From Fidelibacterota bacterium (GTDB lineage Bacteria > Fidelibacterota > Marinisomatia > Marinisomatales > JABMOV01): DNA of 64,000 bases. The notes beneath the pieces are model-generated. The model was not told the DNA's origin. It was given only the letters and a program-made list of their open reading frames with translations, and ran no database searches. The first letter of the stretch is position 1. Every line of letters starts with the position of its first letter. The stretch is from NCBI GenBank assembly GCA_046861395.1, contig JBHHUC010000005.1, forward strand, positions 4,948 through 68,947, written 5' to 3'. Below are positions 62,365 to 64,000 of the stretch, piece by piece. The position numbers and the translations under genes were made by a program.

Positions 62365-64000
62365 TTATTTCAGTAACACCATTTTCTTGGCCTGTCTAAA
62401 GCCATCCGTCTGTATCAAGTAAATGTAGGTTCCTGCCGCCAGGTTCCCGGCATCAAACCGTACCGTGTGATGGCCTGCCAACTGCATACCATTGACTAAG
62501 GTGGCCACTTCACGACCCAAAATATCATACACCTTCACGTTGACAAAACCGTCTTCCGTCAAAGCATAGTCAATATTGGTGGTGGGGTTGAACGGGTTGG
62601 GATAGTTCTGGCTAAGACTGTAGGTCTCAGGAATATCCGCCGCATAAATCGGTTCGCTCCAGGCCGCCAGCTTGGCATTGGCATTCCCCAACACGTCAAA
62701 GTAGCTGTCCAGAGTCAGTAAGACTTCTTTTTCAACTTTCACTTCTGAGGCATAGAGGGCGCCGGTCACATCCGATTCCTCTTTGACCTCCAACTCTGCA
62801 TCCGGAGCATAGATGGTGGCATAAGTGTGGCTCTTCTTGCCCAGTTCGATTTCGTCGTCACCGGCCACATAGAAGATTATGGAGGATGCATCTATCATGG
62901 CGCCATTGGCGGGACCAATGTAGACATTTTCCTTCACCTTCAGCTTGTCGGCCACACGAACCTCACCGGCATTTTCAAAGCGCAGCTTGGCTTTCTTCTC
63001 CAGTTCCAGCTTGGCCACGTTATACACGCCACCGGTCAAGTGCAGTTTACCATTCTTCTTGACCTTGATCCGTCCGTAATCGCCTGGAGGCAGGGTCAGA
63101 GTTTGGTTTTTCTGAACCGTTACGTTGCTGTTACCGGCCGGAGCAGATTTGAAGGGAGGCATGTTCACATACTCCGGTACAGCAATACCGGCAATAAGGG
63201 CACCCGTCAGATCGGCATTGTTGCTGGCATCCAGGACATTGTAATAAATGTCACCTGCGACAACGGCATCTTTCTTGATCTGGATACTGTTGGCATGAAG
63301 GAAATAACCAGCAGGCGTTAGAACTTCCTTGTCCAGTTTCAGTTCATAGCCCTCTTCGTCATCATCGCCGTGGTCATCATCTTCATCATCACCATGGTCA
63401 TCATCGCCATGATCATCGTCATCTTCGGAAGCGCGATAATCATTCACGATAACGTTACCGGTCACCACTTCACTTTCCTTGCCTAGTTTTGATTCGTGAG
63501 TAGCAAAAACAATGGACTGGGCCAGTGCCGGCAGGGCAATCACTTCAACAGTAAACTCATGAACTGTGCTGCCACCACAAATATCTGTGGCGGTCACCGT
63601 CACTGTGGCATAACCAAAGTCAACGGCATCCACCGTAACCACGGACCCATTCAGAGAGGCCGTAGCCACACCATCATCACCGCCAACCGCGGCAAAGGTC
63701 ATGGGATGTCCATCGGGATCAGTAAATACCGTGGACAGGTCCACGTCGGCAGAAATCGATCCGCCAAATGTCAGGGTAACCGTACCGACGGCATTGGCCA
63801 CAACCGGGTCGTTGTTTATCACTTCAACCGTCCGGGTGACGCTGGCGCTGTTGCCAGCAGCATCTGTGGCCGTGTAGGTGACTTCATAGGTTCCCAATGC
63901 CAGGGTATCTACGGTGGAACTCACGGTGACGGCCGGAGCCGCATCGCATACATCCACCACATCCACGCCGGGATCGGTGTAGCCATAATGACAAATGGTT
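62365..64000 (-). CDS. secreted multi-domain protein with Ig-like/cadherin-like repeats, beta-helix-like region, D/H-rich acidic tract and T9SS C-terminal sorting domain (5' end outside window)
   Basis: The frame stays open to nt 64000 ('TICHYGYTDPG' precedes the listed GTG). 'GTYEVTYTATDAAGNSASVTRTVEV' and 'FTDPDGHPMTF' are Ig/cadherin-like motifs. The C-terminal ~80 aa 'NYPNPFNPTT...VYDILGREVATLV...AGTYIYLIQTDGF..AKKMVLLK' is a type-A T9SS CTD. Confidence 0.8.
   Translation of the reverse strand, partial: TICHYGYTDPGVDVVDVCDAAPAVTVSSTVDTLALGTYEVTYTATDAAGNSASVTRTVEVINNDPVVANAVGTVTLTFGGSISADVDLSTVFTDPDGHPMTFAAVGGDDGVATASLNGSVVTVDAVDFGYATVTVTATDICGGSTVHEFTVEVIALPALAQSIVFATHESKLGKESEVVTGNVIVNDYRASEDDDDHGDDDHGDDEDDDHGDDDEEGYELKLDKEVLTPAGYFLHANSIQIKKDAVVAGDIYYNVLDASNNADLTGALIAGIAVPEYVNMPPFKSAPAGNSNVTVQKNQTLTLPPGDYGRIKVKKNGKLHLTGGVYNVAKLELEKKAKLRFENAGEVRVADKLKVKENVYIGPANGAMIDASSIIFYVAGDDEIELGKKSHTYATIYAPDAELEVKEESDVTGALYASEVKVEKEVLLTLDSYFDVLGNANAKLAAWSEPIYAADIPETYSLSQNYPNPFNPTTNIDYALTEDGFVNVKVYDILGREVATLVNGMQLAGHHTVRFDAGNLAAGTYIYLIQTDGFRQAKKMVLLK
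63352..63427 (-). repeat. GAT/GAC/CAT-rich coding microrepeat encoding EDDDDHGDDDHGDDEDDDHGDDDEE
   Basis: The plus strand shows reiterated gtcatcatc/gccatgatc/accatggtc units. The encoded (D3-4-H-G) motif repeats three times. Confidence 0.8.

Noticed and set aside
1-64000. Searched by eye for CRISPR repeats, tRNA/rRNA genes, IS elements or integrases, and toxin-antitoxin or other defence modules.
   Set aside because: Intergenic regions over 100 nt (5680-5791, 21260-21436, 46774-46989, 49256-49399, 50081-50236, 52114-52297, 61874-62364) show no regularly spaced direct repeats and no cloverleaf-like sequences. No transposase or recombinase motifs are present either. The excisionase-like HTH genes have no associated integrase.

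Overview
The window is dominated by a roughly 41-kb flagellar regulon, entirely on the minus strand (5.8-46.8 kb). A late flagellar block continues it at 49.4-57.4 kb. The host is a Gram-negative bacterium, since P-ring and L-ring genes are present. A T9SS-type C-terminal sorting domain at the right edge suggests an FCB-superphylum lineage, but I cannot assign a species.

From right to left on the minus strand I read:
- flgBC-(orf95)-fliEFGHIJ-ylxF-fliK-flgD-(TIGR02530-like)-flgE
- fliMN(Y)OPQR-flhBAFG-(small TM orf)-fliA
- three uncharacterised ORFs, then a PAS histidine kinase and a GAF protein
- flgFGAHI-flgJ(rod-binding)-flgN-flgKL-fliW-csrA
- seven tightly packed glycosyltransferase, sulfotransferase and TPR genes (5.8-13.4 kb)

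The block to the right holds a sigma54-dependent activator, a pseudo-receiver, a REC-DHp protein and motAB. It also holds fliS-fliD-(chaperone-like)-flgM and two tandem short flagellins. Two paralogous excisionase-type HTH genes sit in the late operons.

I could read four sigma28-type promoters (TAAAG-N14-CGAT) and one strong sigma54 promoter, plus three weaker sigma54-like sites. Several intrinsic terminators are also visible.

The left edge (plus strand) carries housekeeping or accessory genes:
- an M16 peptidase
- a methyltransferase-like protein
- membrane proteins
- a NYN-domain protein

The right edge carries a 1438-aa BcrAD/BadFG-type activase fusion, a decayed T9SS-CTD relic, and a large T9SS cargo protein that runs off the window.

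No rRNA, tRNA, CRISPR array or transposase was recognised.

The most interesting hypothesis is that the GT/sulfotransferase island welded onto the csrA end of the flagellar operon is a flagellin glyco-sulfation system. Part of it is a strongly AT-rich, probably acquired insert.

All family calls rest on motif recognition by eye. No database search was possible.
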